Counted from the first letter of the stretch, positions 49,599 through 59,308 are shown. The stretch is 64,000 bases of DNA from Candidatus Magasanikiibacteriota bacterium (GCA_030650025.1 JAUSEN010000009.1:29144-93143); one strand, 5' to 3'. Numbers and translations are program-made. The notes: generated by a model from the letters alone, not told the origin.

Positions 49599-50246
49599 CT
49601 AAATTAATGTTTTAACTAATTCATTATACGCCGCTTCCATATCCGCGGCTTTAGTAAAAAAACTACCCACATTTAAAATTTCCGCGCCGGCCGCCACCAA
49701 CTGGGGCGCAGTCTCCAAATTTACCCCGCCATCTACCGCGCAAAGCGGCCGTGTCGCCCCATTCTCTTTTGTAAACTCTTTAATTTTTTCTAGCACTGCT
49801 GGCACAAATGGCGCGCCTTGGGCTCCGGGGTGCACGGTCATGAATAATAGCACTTCGATATCAGACCAATATTTTTTTACTTTATTTAAATCTGTTTCCG
49901 GGTTAATAACGATGCCAACGCTCCAACCTTGGTTCTTGGCAAAAGCAACGCAATCCGTTGGGTTGTCCTCTGCCTCGATTGGGAAGATCACCCGAAAAAC
50001 ATTTTTCACGTGCGCCCAGGTTTTCATCTCGGCCAAGGGGTGCGCCACCATCAAATGCAATTCATATTTTAAATTTAGTTTTAGACTGTTTATTTCAATT
50101 CGCTCCGCGAATGACGTACCGGGCACAAATTGGCCGTCCATCACGTCTATTTGGATATAGGGCAAAAAATTCTGCGCTATCTCGGCTTGTTTTTTAAATT
50201 CCTCAAAATTATTTGTTAGAATTGTCAGAGTAACAACTGGCGGCAT
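49599..50246 (-). CDS. rpe: Ribulose-phosphate 3-epimerase
   Basis: QIDVMDGQFVP, ELHLMV, MTVHPG..G, VDGGV. Confidence 0.9.
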   Translation of the reverse strand: MPPVVTLTILTNNFEEFKKQAEIAQNFLPYIQIDVMDGQFVPGTSFAERIEINSLKLNLKYELHLMVAHPLAEMKTWAHVKNVFRVIFPIEAEDNPTDCVAFAKNQGWSVGIVINPETDLNKVKKYWSDIEVLLFMTVHPGAQGAPFVPAVLEKIKEFTKENGATRPLCAVDGGVNLETAPQLVAAGAEILNVGSFFTKAADMEAAYNELVKTLI

Positions 50247-50260
50247 AGTTTAGTCTTGGG

Positions 50261-50725
50261 TTATTTTTCTAAACTCTCAATTTTTTTAAGCCTTCGCAAA
50301 AATCTGGGGTCATTATCGTATTTTTCGTTTAAAAATGTTTTCACCATTTGGGCCGCGTGTTCGCTGGAACAATATTCCGCCGCCAAGCACAGCACATTGG
50401 CATGGTCGTCGCGCACTGTCCATTTTACGTTTTCAATGCTAAAACCCATCATCGCCCGGATGCCCGCGATTTTATTGGCCGTCATCGCCATGCCCTGCCC
50501 GCCGCGGCAAATTAAAATTCCGCGGTTCCCGCCTTCGCGGCGGGCAGGATTTTTATTTTTTACGACTTTTTTGGCGAGGAGCGCGGCAAAATCCTGTAAA
50601 TCATCGGTAGCTACATATTTTTTTGGCCCTAAATCTACCGCCTTAATCTTGAGTTGGTTTTTAAAATAGCGCAGTAAATATTTTTTTAGCTGGTAACCGC
50701 CGTGATCCGAAGCAATATAGAGCAT
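50261..50725 (-). CDS. rpiB: Ribose-5-phosphate isomerase B family
   Basis: ASDHGG..LK, ILICRGGQG, ANKIAGIR, ANVLCL. Confidence 0.9.
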   Translation of the reverse strand: MLYIASDHGGYQLKKYLLRYFKNQLKIKAVDLGPKKYVATDDLQDFAALLAKKVVKNKNPARREGGNRGILICRGGQGMAMTANKIAGIRAMMGFSIENVKWTVRDDHANVLCLAAEYCSSEHAAQMVKTFLNEKYDNDPRFLRRLKKIESLEK

Positions 50726-50848
50726 AATTTAGCAAAAAAACAAAAATCCAACAATTTTATTCCTCATGATTATTCACTATTATACCGCCAATCGCACTTT
50801 CTTGGCAAGGCTTAAAAAGCCGCAATTTAGCGAAATATAGCGAAATCC

Positions 50849-50877
50849 TTGACAAAAACCGTGATTTTGTATATGAT
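50849..50877 (+). promoter_or_regulatory. sigma70 promoter for GC-rich gene E
   Basis: TTGACA-N17-TATGAT. Confidence 0.7.
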
Positions 50878-50979
50878 TATTTGTTCAGAGCGGTGGCCAT
50901 GCCCAGCGCCGCTTTGGTTATTCGTTCCCTGGGCTAAAACAAAGGAAAAAAGAAGTACGATACGAAAGGTAGGCAAGAA

Positions 50980-51729
50980 ATGGGATCGAGGAATCTGAAG
51001 AGTGGAAGCCTGGTTCTCCAGGAGGACGTCAGGAAGGACTTCCGCGGGTCGGAAGGCATGCTGGAGCTCCTCATGACCGTTCTCACCGGTCTCCTGACGG
51101 GAACCGTGATCATCCGCTACATGGACCGGGTGAAGGGTGGCCCCGGACATCAGAGCCAGGTGCGAGCCGTCCGGTTCGATAACGTTCGCCACCAGATCAT
51201 CCTGACGGCCCAGCCGGGCGACAACAAGACCCACTGGCGGCTGTCACTCACTCTGGCGCGAACAACCGACTTAAGCAAGGTGTACGCCGCGCTCGTCGCA
51301 AGGCTCGGTGTTACTCCGGCAGAAGTAGTCGGTAACAACGGCTCACCGGGCGACCAAGCCGCTCTGCGCGTCGAGCTGGCGCGGCTCGAACAGCTTCATG
51401 GCGAGCAGAAGGCCGAGCATGATCGTCATCAGGCGGCCGAAGCCGAGCGCGCAGTTCAGCGTGAGGGGCTCGTAAATGATCGCAGGGCGCTCGAAGAGCT
51501 CATCGTCGAGGTCGACGAGGAGAGTCGGCGCGCCACTGCCGCCCGGGCCGCGGCCGAAGAAGCCCTCGAACAGACCGAGCTTGAGCTCGACGAGGTCAGG
51601 GACAAGCTCGAGGCCATCAGGAAGAAGGCCGATGCCCTCGCTGCCGCGCGTCAGCTCCTGGCCGAGGCCAACCTCGACCTCGCTGACCCGGGCGTGCTCG
51701 CGGCCCTGCGCGGAGAGCCGGCCAAGTAG
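50980..51729 (+). CDS. GC-rich orphan with TM and long coiled coil (class-2 gene E)
   Basis: ATG 50980 preceded by AAAGGTAGG (alternative start 51058); Glu/Ala/Arg heptads; hairpin 51766-51790 then terminator ~51798-51826. Confidence 0.7.
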   Translation: MGSRNLKSGSLVLQEDVRKDFRGSEGMLELLMTVLTGLLTGTVIIRYMDRVKGGPGHQSQVRAVRFDNVRHQIILTAQPGDNKTHWRLSLTLARTTDLSKVYAALVARLGVTPAEVVGNNGSPGDQAALRVELARLEQLHGEQKAEHDRHQAAEAERAVQREGLVNDRRALEELIVEVDEESRRATAARAAAEEALEQTELELDEVRDKLEAIRKKADALAAARQLLAEANLDLADPGVLAALRGEPAK

Positions 51730-51944
51730 GGTTCCGCCACCCCAACGTACTTCCATTTCCAACCCCTGCCGGTCCCGAGGCGACCGGCAGTACTCACAAA
51801 ACATCACTATTCAAGTGGTGTTTTTTGATGCCACAGATTTTGAAATACAAATAATTGACAAAATTTAGCATTTTTAGTACTCTTAAATTAAGACGTTTTG
51901 CCCATTATCGACGGGCAGAGCTCGTCCGCCGCGGCGGGCGGGAT

Positions 51945-52097
51945 CGCGTTAAGAGCAGAAATCCTGCGACCATCAGTCGTTGGAGAGTAGACCTCTTCGG
52001 GAATGCCCGTTACAGCTCAAAATTAAGCGAAAGCACAAGATGGTACCGTCCAGTCATTCGACCGGACTCTTGGCACGAATATTTTCGTGTTTTTTTA
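51945..52097 (+). promoter_or_regulatory. T-box riboswitch (Ile)
   Basis: ATC in short hairpin loops, AGTAG/CCGTTA stem II elements, antiterminator aaga-TGGTACC-gtcc...ggac-tctt (52037-52071), terminator cacgaa..ttcgtg-T7. Confidence 0.8.
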
Positions 52098-52102
52098 TTG
52101 AA

Positions 52103-52518
52103 AATTAGCAATGAGCAACTAACAATTAACAAGTGAGTATGAACGAAAAGCAGAATCCGTTGTTTGTAAAGGCAGATTTATTGGCAAAAGAGGCATATCA
52201 AATTGCCCAAAAATTTCCTAAACATGAGATGTACGGGCTAACGTCTCAATTGAGACGTGCGGGATTGTCGGTTATTCTAAATATTGTTGAAGGTTTTGCC
52301 AGGCAGAGCAAAGCTGAATTTCGTAGGTTTTTAATAATATCCTTTGGCTCATTAAAAGAAACAAAATATTTATTGAATTTTGCCAAAGAACAAAAATATT
52401 TAACAGATAAAAAATACAGCGAGGTTTTAGGAATGACGGAGGAAGTAGCTCGCATATTATGGTCATCAATAAAGTCTCTAAAATAGGTTTGTTAATTGTT
52501 CATTGCTAATTGTTAATT
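52103..52518. repeat. Inverted tandem heptamer arrays flanking the four-helix-bundle gene
   Basis: aattagc aatgagc aactaac aattaac (52103-52132) vs ttgttaa ttgttca ttgctaa ttgttaa (52489-52518). Confidence 0.85.
52139..52486 (+). CDS. Four helix bundle protein (23S rRNA IVP/TIGR02436-like)
   Basis: FPKHEMYGLTSQLRRAGLSVILNIVEG..RQ...EFRRFL.IS.GSLKE. Confidence 0.92.
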   Translation: MNEKQNPLFVKADLLAKEAYQIAQKFPKHEMYGLTSQLRRAGLSVILNIVEGFARQSKAEFRRFLIISFGSLKETKYLLNFAKEQKYLTDKKYSEVLGMTEEVARILWSSIKSLK

Positions 52519-52523
52519 CGTGT

Positions 52524-55500
52524 ATGTACGACGCCAATTCCGAAGAACAAAAAATTTTAGAATTCTGGGAAAAGGACAAAACGTTTGCCAAATCCGTCAA
52601 TGAACGTCCGGAAAATAAGCCCTATGTCTTTTACGACGGCCCGCCGTTTGCCACGGGCCTCCCGCACTACGGGCATATTTTAGCGTCCGTTATTAAAGAC
52701 GTGGTGCCGCGCTACTTTACTATGAAGGGGTTTAGCGTGCGCCGCCGTTGGGGGTGGGATTGCCACGGCCTCCCAATTGAAAGCCTCGTTGAAAAAGAAC
52801 TAAATATTTCCGGTAAAAAAGACATCGCGGATAAATTAGGCGTTGATAAATTTAACAACGCTTGTCGTTCTAAAGTTTTGCAGTATACCGAGGAGTGGAA
52901 AAAGATGGTGGCGCGCGTGGGCCGCTGGGTGGAATTTGATAATTCGTATAAAACCATGGATCCCACCTATATGGAGAGTGTCTGGTGGGCCCTCAAAACC
53001 ATTTGGGATAAAAATTTAATTTACGAAGGCCGCAAAGTTTTAATGTACTGCCCGCACTGCGAAACGCCAGTCAGTAAAGCCGAAATCGCCATGGACAACA
53101 GCTATAAAGATATTACCGAAGAAGCGGTAACGGCACGGTTTAAAGTAATTGAACCAGCTAAGCATGGTCTGCCTAAAAATTCTTTTATTTTGGCCTGGAC
53201 TACCACTCCGTGGACACTACCGGGCAATGTGGCGCTCGCGGTCGGCGAAAAAATACTTTATTCGGCCGTAGAGTTAAACGGTGAAGTTTTAATTGTGGCG
53301 GACGATTTGGTTGAGAAAATTTTTGTCGGGCAACCTGCCCGCAATGCTGCGCATAGCGCTGCAGGCGGGGAGTTTAAAAAAATAAAATCATTTCCCGGCA
53401 ACAGTTTAGTTGGCATTAAATACGAGCCGCTTTTTGATATGCCGGCTATGCGAGAGGCCGAGAGTAAAAAAGTTTACGAAGTGGTAGCCGCTGATTTTGT
53501 GAATACCGATGAGGGCACCGGCGTGGTGCACACGGCCGTAGTGTATGGCGAAGATGATTATAATTTGGGAATGGCCGAGGGGCTCCCAGCCGTGCCCATG
53601 TTAAATGATAAGGGTGAGTATAATAAAGTCGCTCCCGCCTTCCTGCAGGGCAAGTTTATTAAACAAGCCGAAAAAGAAATTAAAAAATATTTAGATGAAA
53701 AAGGGTTTTTATTTGCTAAAAATCAGAACACACATTCGTATCCACACTGCTGGCGTTGTGATACGCCGCTTATTTATAACGCTATTTCGGCCTGGTTTAT
53801 TAATATCCAAACCATTAAACCGCGTTTAATAGAATTAAACGAAAAAATTAATTGGTACCCCGAGCACCTAAAACATGGCCGTTTTAAAAATATTTTAGAA
53901 ACCGCGCCGGATTGGAACATCTCCCGCAACCGCTATTGGGCCACGCCCCTGCCGTTTTGGAAGTGTGCAAATCAAGAAAGCAAAAAAACAAAAAAACAAA
54001 AAAACAATTCCCAGTGCGACAATGTGGTGTGTGTGGGGAGTGTAGCGGAGTTGAAAGAGAAGGCAATTAATTTCTCCGAGGTTTTTTCTTCTGATAAAGT
54101 TGTCGAATTGGATTTGCACAAACACATCGTGGATAAAATTAAATTAAAATGCGATCAGTGCGGCGGTAGTATGGAGCGCATTCCAGAAGTGATTGATTGC
54201 TGGGTAGAATCGGGGAGCATGCCTTTTGCCGAATATCATTACCCGTTTGAAAACAAAGCCGTCTTTCACAAACGTTTTCCCGGGCAATACATTGCCGAAT
54301 ACATTAACCAAACTCGGGCTTGGTTTTATTATATGCATGCCATGGCGGGGTTACTTTTTGATAGCAACAGTTTTGAAAATTGCGTTACCACCGGCGAAAT
54401 TCAAAACGAAAAAGGCGAGAAATTGTCTAAATCAAAGAAAAATTATCCGGACCCTTGGATTATCATAGAAAAGTACGGCGTTGACGCTCTGCGTTATTAT
54501 TTAATGACCAGCCCGGTGATGGAAGCGGAAAATTTATTATTTAACGAGCGCGAAATACGCGAAATTTACAACAAGGTCGTCAACATTTTATGGAACGTGG
54601 TAGAGTTTTATAAATTGTACGCGTCCGAAAGTCCATGGTCCGAAGTCCCTGCCTCACCGGCAGGCAGGCAGGGTCCAGAGTCTAAACATGTTTTAGACCA
54701 GTGGATTCTCGCTAAGCTCCAAATTCTAGTCAAAGAAGCAACCGAACAAATGGACATTTACAATACCGTCAAAGCCGCCCGGCCGATCCGCGAATTTATT
54801 GATGAGTTATCCACCTGGTACGTGCGCCGCTCGCGCGATCGGTTTAAGAGTGAGAACAAGGCAGACCAGGCCGCGGCCCTTGCGACTCTAAAGTTAGTAT
54901 TAGAGACACTGGCTAAACTTATGGCTCCGTTTACTCCGTTTCTTGCCGAGAAAATCTGGTACATCGTAACTGGCGCAAAAACGAGCGTGCATTTGGAGAT
55001 GTGGCCGGTAGTAGACGAAAAATATTTAAACACAGAACTTATCGGGTCAATGTCGACTGTCCGTAAACTAATTGAAACGGCTCTCTCATTGCGCGCCGAG
55101 CATAAAATTAAGGTAAGACAACCACTGGCCTCGTTACAATTTTTTGGGTTTACGCCCTCAAAGATTATCGGCACATCTGAGTGGTATAAAATAATGGAAG
55201 AAGAGTTGAATGTAAAGAAAGTTTCTTCTCTAGAAATGGAAAGTGGTGATTATAGCAATGTTTCGCCGGGTGAAAACAAGGTAATGAAGGAAGCTGACGG
55301 AGTCAAAGTGATATTAGATATTAATATTACCCCCGAGCTTAAACAAGAAGGCCTGACGCGCGAAATTATCCGCACTATCAACCAGATGCGCAAAGAACAA
55401 AAACTTACTATTCAAGATGAAGTGATAGTAAAATATGCGACCGAAGACGCCCTGCTTAAAAAAGTTTTGGCTAATTTTAGCCAAGAAATTTTACGCGCCA

Positions 55501-55595
55501 CCTTAGCCAAAAAAATTATTGAAAGTCCGGAAGCTAGCCAAAAAATCGCTATTGATGGCGCGGAAATAAATTTTTCAGTGGAAAAAAACGGTTGA
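52524..55595 (+). CDS. ileS: Isoleucyl-tRNA synthetase, type 2
   Basis: DGPPFATGLPHYGH, WTTTPWT, GTGVVH, WNISRNRYW, KLSKS. Confidence 0.97.
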   Translation: MYDANSEEQKILEFWEKDKTFAKSVNERPENKPYVFYDGPPFATGLPHYGHILASVIKDVVPRYFTMKGFSVRRRWGWDCHGLPIESLVEKELNISGKKDIADKLGVDKFNNACRSKVLQYTEEWKKMVARVGRWVEFDNSYKTMDPTYMESVWWALKTIWDKNLIYEGRKVLMYCPHCETPVSKAEIAMDNSYKDITEEAVTARFKVIEPAKHGLPKNSFILAWTTTPWTLPGNVALAVGEKILYSAVELNGEVLIVADDLVEKIFVGQPARNAAHSAAGGEFKKIKSFPGNSLVGIKYEPLFDMPAMREAESKKVYEVVAADFVNTDEGTGVVHTAVVYGEDDYNLGMAEGLPAVPMLNDKGEYNKVAPAFLQGKFIKQAEKEIKKYLDEKGFLFAKNQNTHSYPHCWRCDTPLIYNAISAWFINIQTIKPRLIELNEKINWYPEHLKHGRFKNILETAPDWNISRNRYWATPLPFWKCANQESKKTKKQKNNSQCDNVVCVGSVAELKEKAINFSEVFSSDKVVELDLHKHIVDKIKLKCDQCGGSMERIPEVIDCWVESGSMPFAEYHYPFENKAVFHKRFPGQYIAEYINQTRAWFYYMHAMAGLLFDSNSFENCVTTGEIQNEKGEKLSKSKKNYPDPWIIIEKYGVDALRYYLMTSPVMEAENLLFNEREIREIYNKVVNILWNVVEFYKLYASESPWSEVPASPAGRQGPESKHVLDQWILAKLQILVKEATEQMDIYNTVKAARPIREFIDELSTWYVRRSRDRFKSENKADQAAALATLKLVLETLAKLMAPFTPFLAEKIWYIVTGAKTSVHLEMWPVVDEKYLNTELIGSMSTVRKLIETALSLRAEHKIKVRQPLASLQFFGFTPSKIIGTSEWYKIMEEELNVKKVSSLEMESGDYSNVSPGENKVMKEADGVKVILDINITPELKQEGLTREIIRTINQMRKEQKLTIQDEVIVKYATEDALLKKVLANFSQEILRATLAKKIIESPEASQKIAIDGAEINFSVEKNG

Positions 55596-55620
55596 CAAAA
55601 CAAGGGCAAACCGGTATACT
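55592..55620 (+). promoter_or_regulatory. sigma70 promoter of the 55.7-59.3 kb operon
   Basis: TTGACA-N17-TATACT. Confidence 0.7.
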
Positions 55621-55649
55621 GGATTAGTTAAAAATTCCAAATATTATTT

Positions 55650-55760
55650 ATGGAATTGACTAGTTCGAAAGACGACGCAGATCCTGTACCGGCCAATTTG
55701 CTAAAAATTTGCAACAAAACTATTAACCCAAACGGGCGCAAGCTCCTTTGGGTTTTTTAA
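55650..55760 (+). CDS. Putative 36-aa leader ORF running through a terminator hairpin
   Basis: MELTSSKDDADPVPANLLKICNKTINPNGRKLLWVF*; ends in aacccaaa...tttgggtttttt. Confidence 0.35.
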   Translation: MELTSSKDDADPVPANLLKICNKTINPNGRKLLWVF

Positions 55761-55763
55761 TTT

Positions 55764-57314
55764 ATGGAAGCAATTGATTCGCCAGCTCGTCAGTCATCCA
55801 TCAAAGATTTTGAGAGGTTACGAGAAAAAGTTTTTGTTGAGCGTCCAGTATTAGCCGATATTATAACCAAGCATGGAGAGATGAGTTTGTATGAGTATGC
55901 CTTAGATTATTTAGATGTTAACGAAACCGCGCTATATAAATCTCGTCGGCCGGAATTTTTATCATCATTTTCTGCTCTGGCTGGAAAATTTTTACCGCCC
56001 GCAGTGGCGCAATCCGCATGTCAGCAATTAGAAAAATATTTTTTTGTTTCCACGTCTGACCATCATGGACCTCTCACGCATCCATTTTTTTTAAGTTCCA
56101 ACCTTCTCAACGCAGTCGTAGCTCTGGAAGCAAACGACCCGGTGCTGGAAAATATTATCGTCTTGGCTTGCGGGAGCGTTTCATTAGATAACAGTAGCTT
56201 TCCGCGCGGTTTGGTATTTAATTCGCCGCTCAACAGCACCAATCAATTACTGCGTTCCGCTTTTTTTTCCAGTCACGAGCGCCCGTCATTAGTGCACTTA
56301 TTGCGTCCGTATAGTAAGGCAGAATTAGATAAAGGTAAAAGTAGCTTAGATCACTATGTTAAACAAAAAGTTATTAGTCCACAGGTAGTAGAGATGGTAG
56401 GCGCGATTATTGATGAAATTTATGCCCCGTTAATTACCAAGGGCCTCCCTAGTTATGCGGCGCAAGTTACCGCGTCCAACTATAATCTTTGGCGCAAATT
56501 TTTTTCTCACGCTGATTTTAAAAAAATTCCTAATTTAGTCTACCTAGAGTTGGAAGATATGGTAAGCCGACTGCTTGTTGATTATCACCTAAAAAGTGGT
56601 TCTTATATTTACGATTTGTTATTTAATGACGATTTTCAGAATTCCGTTATTAAATATTTAGATGGCAAACTTGGATCTTTTTGTTTGGACCACAAAACCG
56701 ACACCTTTTTATTTTGGGCGGTGCCCAATGGGGAGCGTTATCGTAAACAGTTGTGGAAGAATGGCAATAGACTGTGCTCTGATGATGGTCAGTACAGCAT
56801 AGACTTAACGCCTGAGGCCATAAAAAAAGCTTTAGAAAAAAAAGAAATTATGCCTAGTTTGCTGTTAGATTTTGTTGTTTTAGCTTTGTACTATGGGCTT
56901 AAATGTCTAGGCGGCTTTAGCCAGGTCAACTATCTTACTGGCATGAAGCAAGGGTTTATTCAAGTTTTGACTGAACTTGGAAAAAGCGAGGAAATTTCGT
57001 CCTTAGAAGTAGTGCAGACCAAAGAGTTGGTTGGAGACATTACTTTAGCTTTTATAAAAACGCAAGATGGCCAAACGATACCTGCGACTGGTTTAGACTT
57101 GGCGCTGTATGCTAATGGAAATTTATGGAGCACGCTTATTAGCCAATCAAAAATAATTACATTGAAAGAAGCAATGAGTCCGATGATGCCGGAGTTTTAT
57201 CGGATGATTTATTTTGAAACAGAACGCGAACCGGCATTATCCGCTGTAACTTCGGAAACGATAGCCCGCTTGATACAACTAGATAAAAAAATTAAACCGT
57301 GTATAGTTTTTTAA
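55764..57314 (+). CDS. Large hypothetical enzyme-like protein
   Basis: 516 aa; STSDHHGP, NSSFPRG, CLGGFSQVNYL motifs; family not recognised. Confidence 0.7.
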   Translation: MEAIDSPARQSSIKDFERLREKVFVERPVLADIITKHGEMSLYEYALDYLDVNETALYKSRRPEFLSSFSALAGKFLPPAVAQSACQQLEKYFFVSTSDHHGPLTHPFFLSSNLLNAVVALEANDPVLENIIVLACGSVSLDNSSFPRGLVFNSPLNSTNQLLRSAFFSSHERPSLVHLLRPYSKAELDKGKSSLDHYVKQKVISPQVVEMVGAIIDEIYAPLITKGLPSYAAQVTASNYNLWRKFFSHADFKKIPNLVYLELEDMVSRLLVDYHLKSGSYIYDLLFNDDFQNSVIKYLDGKLGSFCLDHKTDTFLFWAVPNGERYRKQLWKNGNRLCSDDGQYSIDLTPEAIKKALEKKEIMPSLLLDFVVLALYYGLKCLGGFSQVNYLTGMKQGFIQVLTELGKSEEISSLEVVQTKELVGDITLAFIKTQDGQTIPATGLDLALYANGNLWSTLISQSKIITLKEAMSPMMPEFYRMIYFETEREPALSAVTSETIARLIQLDKKIKPCIVF

Positions 57315-57315
57315 T

Positions 57316-58101
57316 ATGCAGAAGATTTTTTACAATAAATTATGGCCAGGCGGCAATATTACAGCTTTAGTAGAAGGCATTTCTGATAGGAGTAAGTATG
57401 CCACCATTTCGAATGAGATAATGGCGACAGATACGGAGGTCGAGCAAGTTGGATTTATTGAGGTAGCAAGTTCAAAAGAGTCCCAGATTCGCCTTCAAAT
57501 GATGGGGGGCGAATTTTGTGGCAATGCCGCGCGTTCCGCGGGCTTTCTATTTGCAAAACGGACTAATTGTGATAAGGTTACACTTGAGGTTTCTGGTTTG
57601 CCATGTGGGTTAGGGTTTGTGGTAAAAGAAGATGGGAATACCACGTTGGAAATTCCAGGAAATTTTTTTCGTAAAGTAAATACTATTCCAGGTGGCTACC
57701 TCGTTGATTTAATTGGTATTAGGCACCTAATAATTTTACAAAAAAATAACGACGCAGTAATGACGTTGGTTGATACGTATAAAGAAGATTTCCCAGCACT
57801 TGGTGTAATATATGCTAAGGAAATGAACGGAGAAATAGTTATTGATCCTACGGTCTGGGTAAGAAATACCAACACGCTAATTGCCGAAACCGGATGCGGT
57901 TCTGGAAGTATCGCCGTGGCCATCGTGTGGAGCCTGTTCGCTAAAGCAAAAGAGTCTTTTACCATATTGCAACCGAGTGGTGAAAAATATACTATAAACT
58001 TAATAAGTCAAGACGGCGGTGAATCGCAATATCAAACGATAGAGTTGTGTGGTACGATAAAAATTTTAGGTAACAAATTTGTTGAGATAAAGAACGCCTA
58101 G
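57316..58101 (+). CDS. CntK-like PLP-independent amino-acid racemase (DapF fold)
   Basis: PGGNITAL, EQVGFIE, MMGGEFCGNA, ETGCGSGS (two catalytic Cys), FTILQPSG. Confidence 0.8.
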   Translation: MQKIFYNKLWPGGNITALVEGISDRSKYATISNEIMATDTEVEQVGFIEVASSKESQIRLQMMGGEFCGNAARSAGFLFAKRTNCDKVTLEVSGLPCGLGFVVKEDGNTTLEIPGNFFRKVNTIPGGYLVDLIGIRHLIILQKNNDAVMTLVDTYKEDFPALGVIYAKEMNGEIVIDPTVWVRNTNTLIAETGCGSGSIAVAIVWSLFAKAKESFTILQPSGEKYTINLISQDGGESQYQTIELCGTIKILGNKFVEIKNA

Positions 58102-58112
58102 TTAAAAAATTT

Positions 58113-59258
58113 ATGAATCCTGAACTTTTCAACCAGGAGCATCTTCAAGAACAGCTACCCCCGATACCACAAGAATCCGTTGAAGGTTGGAAAGAAAAAC
58201 GTATTAAGGGCCTAAACGAAGACATGGTGGCTATAGGAGCTTTTACGGAATTTTCTGACTGTGACACCTCTGGAATTTATTTTGGAGAAAGAGGCCCTGG
58301 CCCTGAACTAAGTTTTGCAGGACCGAACAATTTTGTTAATAGAAATATAGACCGTGATAAAAGCCTGCTCTCTAATTTTGTGCGTCGAGGAGTTCTGGAG
58401 AAGTTAAAACGCGCCCAGGAGTTGTTGCCAAAAGGATATTATTTTAGATTTTTTGATACATTTAGACCACTTTCTGTCCAAGGGGAGTTATTTTATGCTC
58501 AAAAAATTAAGGTTGAGAAAGAGCACCCTGAGTGGGATGCGGTAAAAGATAAAGAGAAAATTGAAGCTGAAACGCACAAATTCGTTGCCCTTCCTCCCGC
58601 GGACGCAGAATCAATTAAAGATCGTCCGTCCCCTCATCTTACAGGCGCCGCTATTGATTTAGGGCTTATAAAATTAAGCGCTGAGGGTTTGGGAATGTTA
58701 CAAGATTTAGAAAATAGAAAAGTGTCTGGAAAATTAAATTATGCAGTGAAACCGAAGGATCAGGAATTTTTTTCACAGGCGAATGAGTGGGTGGAGAAGC
58801 TTAAATTACCCGATAAAATGAAGAAGAATTGGTTAGCCGAGTACCGCTATGGATTCGAGAAAGCCCTTATCTTCAGAAAACATAGCAAGACAGTAGATAT
58901 GGGTACGCCCTTTGATTATTTTGGTCCAGAAGCAACCACCAATTTTTATGAAACCAAGTCTGAAGCTAATTTTGGCACGAAAGATTACGAAATAAAAAAT
59001 AACCGGCGACTTTTTTTTAAGGTTTTAAAAGATGCTGGCTTTTCAAATTACCCCGATGAATGGTGGCATTGGAGTTATGGCGATCAAGAATGGGCAGCAA
59101 ATCTCAAAAAAGACGAAGCTCTATATGGTAAAATAGATTTAAATGAAGGTAATATGGCGCTTGAGAAAGCTAGGAGAATGGTATACTTAAAAACGATTCG
59201 CGACGTGAGAAAAAATCAAAATGCTATTTTTATAGATTCAGAAGATAAAAAAGACTAA
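58113..59258 (+). CDS. D-Ala-D-Ala dipeptidase-like (VanX/DdpX, M15D) with large insert
   Basis: DTFRP..VQ, SPHLTGAAIDL, DMGTPFD, NY..EWWHWSYGDQ. Confidence 0.85.
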   Translation: MNPELFNQEHLQEQLPPIPQESVEGWKEKRIKGLNEDMVAIGAFTEFSDCDTSGIYFGERGPGPELSFAGPNNFVNRNIDRDKSLLSNFVRRGVLEKLKRAQELLPKGYYFRFFDTFRPLSVQGELFYAQKIKVEKEHPEWDAVKDKEKIEAETHKFVALPPADAESIKDRPSPHLTGAAIDLGLIKLSAEGLGMLQDLENRKVSGKLNYAVKPKDQEFFSQANEWVEKLKLPDKMKKNWLAEYRYGFEKALIFRKHSKTVDMGTPFDYFGPEATTNFYETKSEANFGTKDYEIKNNRRLFFKVLKDAGFSNYPDEWWHWSYGDQEWAANLKKDEALYGKIDLNEGNMALEKARRMVYLKTIRDVRKNQNAIFIDSEDKKD

Positions 59259-59308
59259 CTTAGTCAATTTTTAACAGGCAAATTTATATTTATTTATTTT
59301 AAAAAAAT

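Noticed and set aside
52139-52486. Diversity-generating retroelement (Avd-like gene)
   Set aside because: No reverse transcriptase or TR/VR pair in the window.
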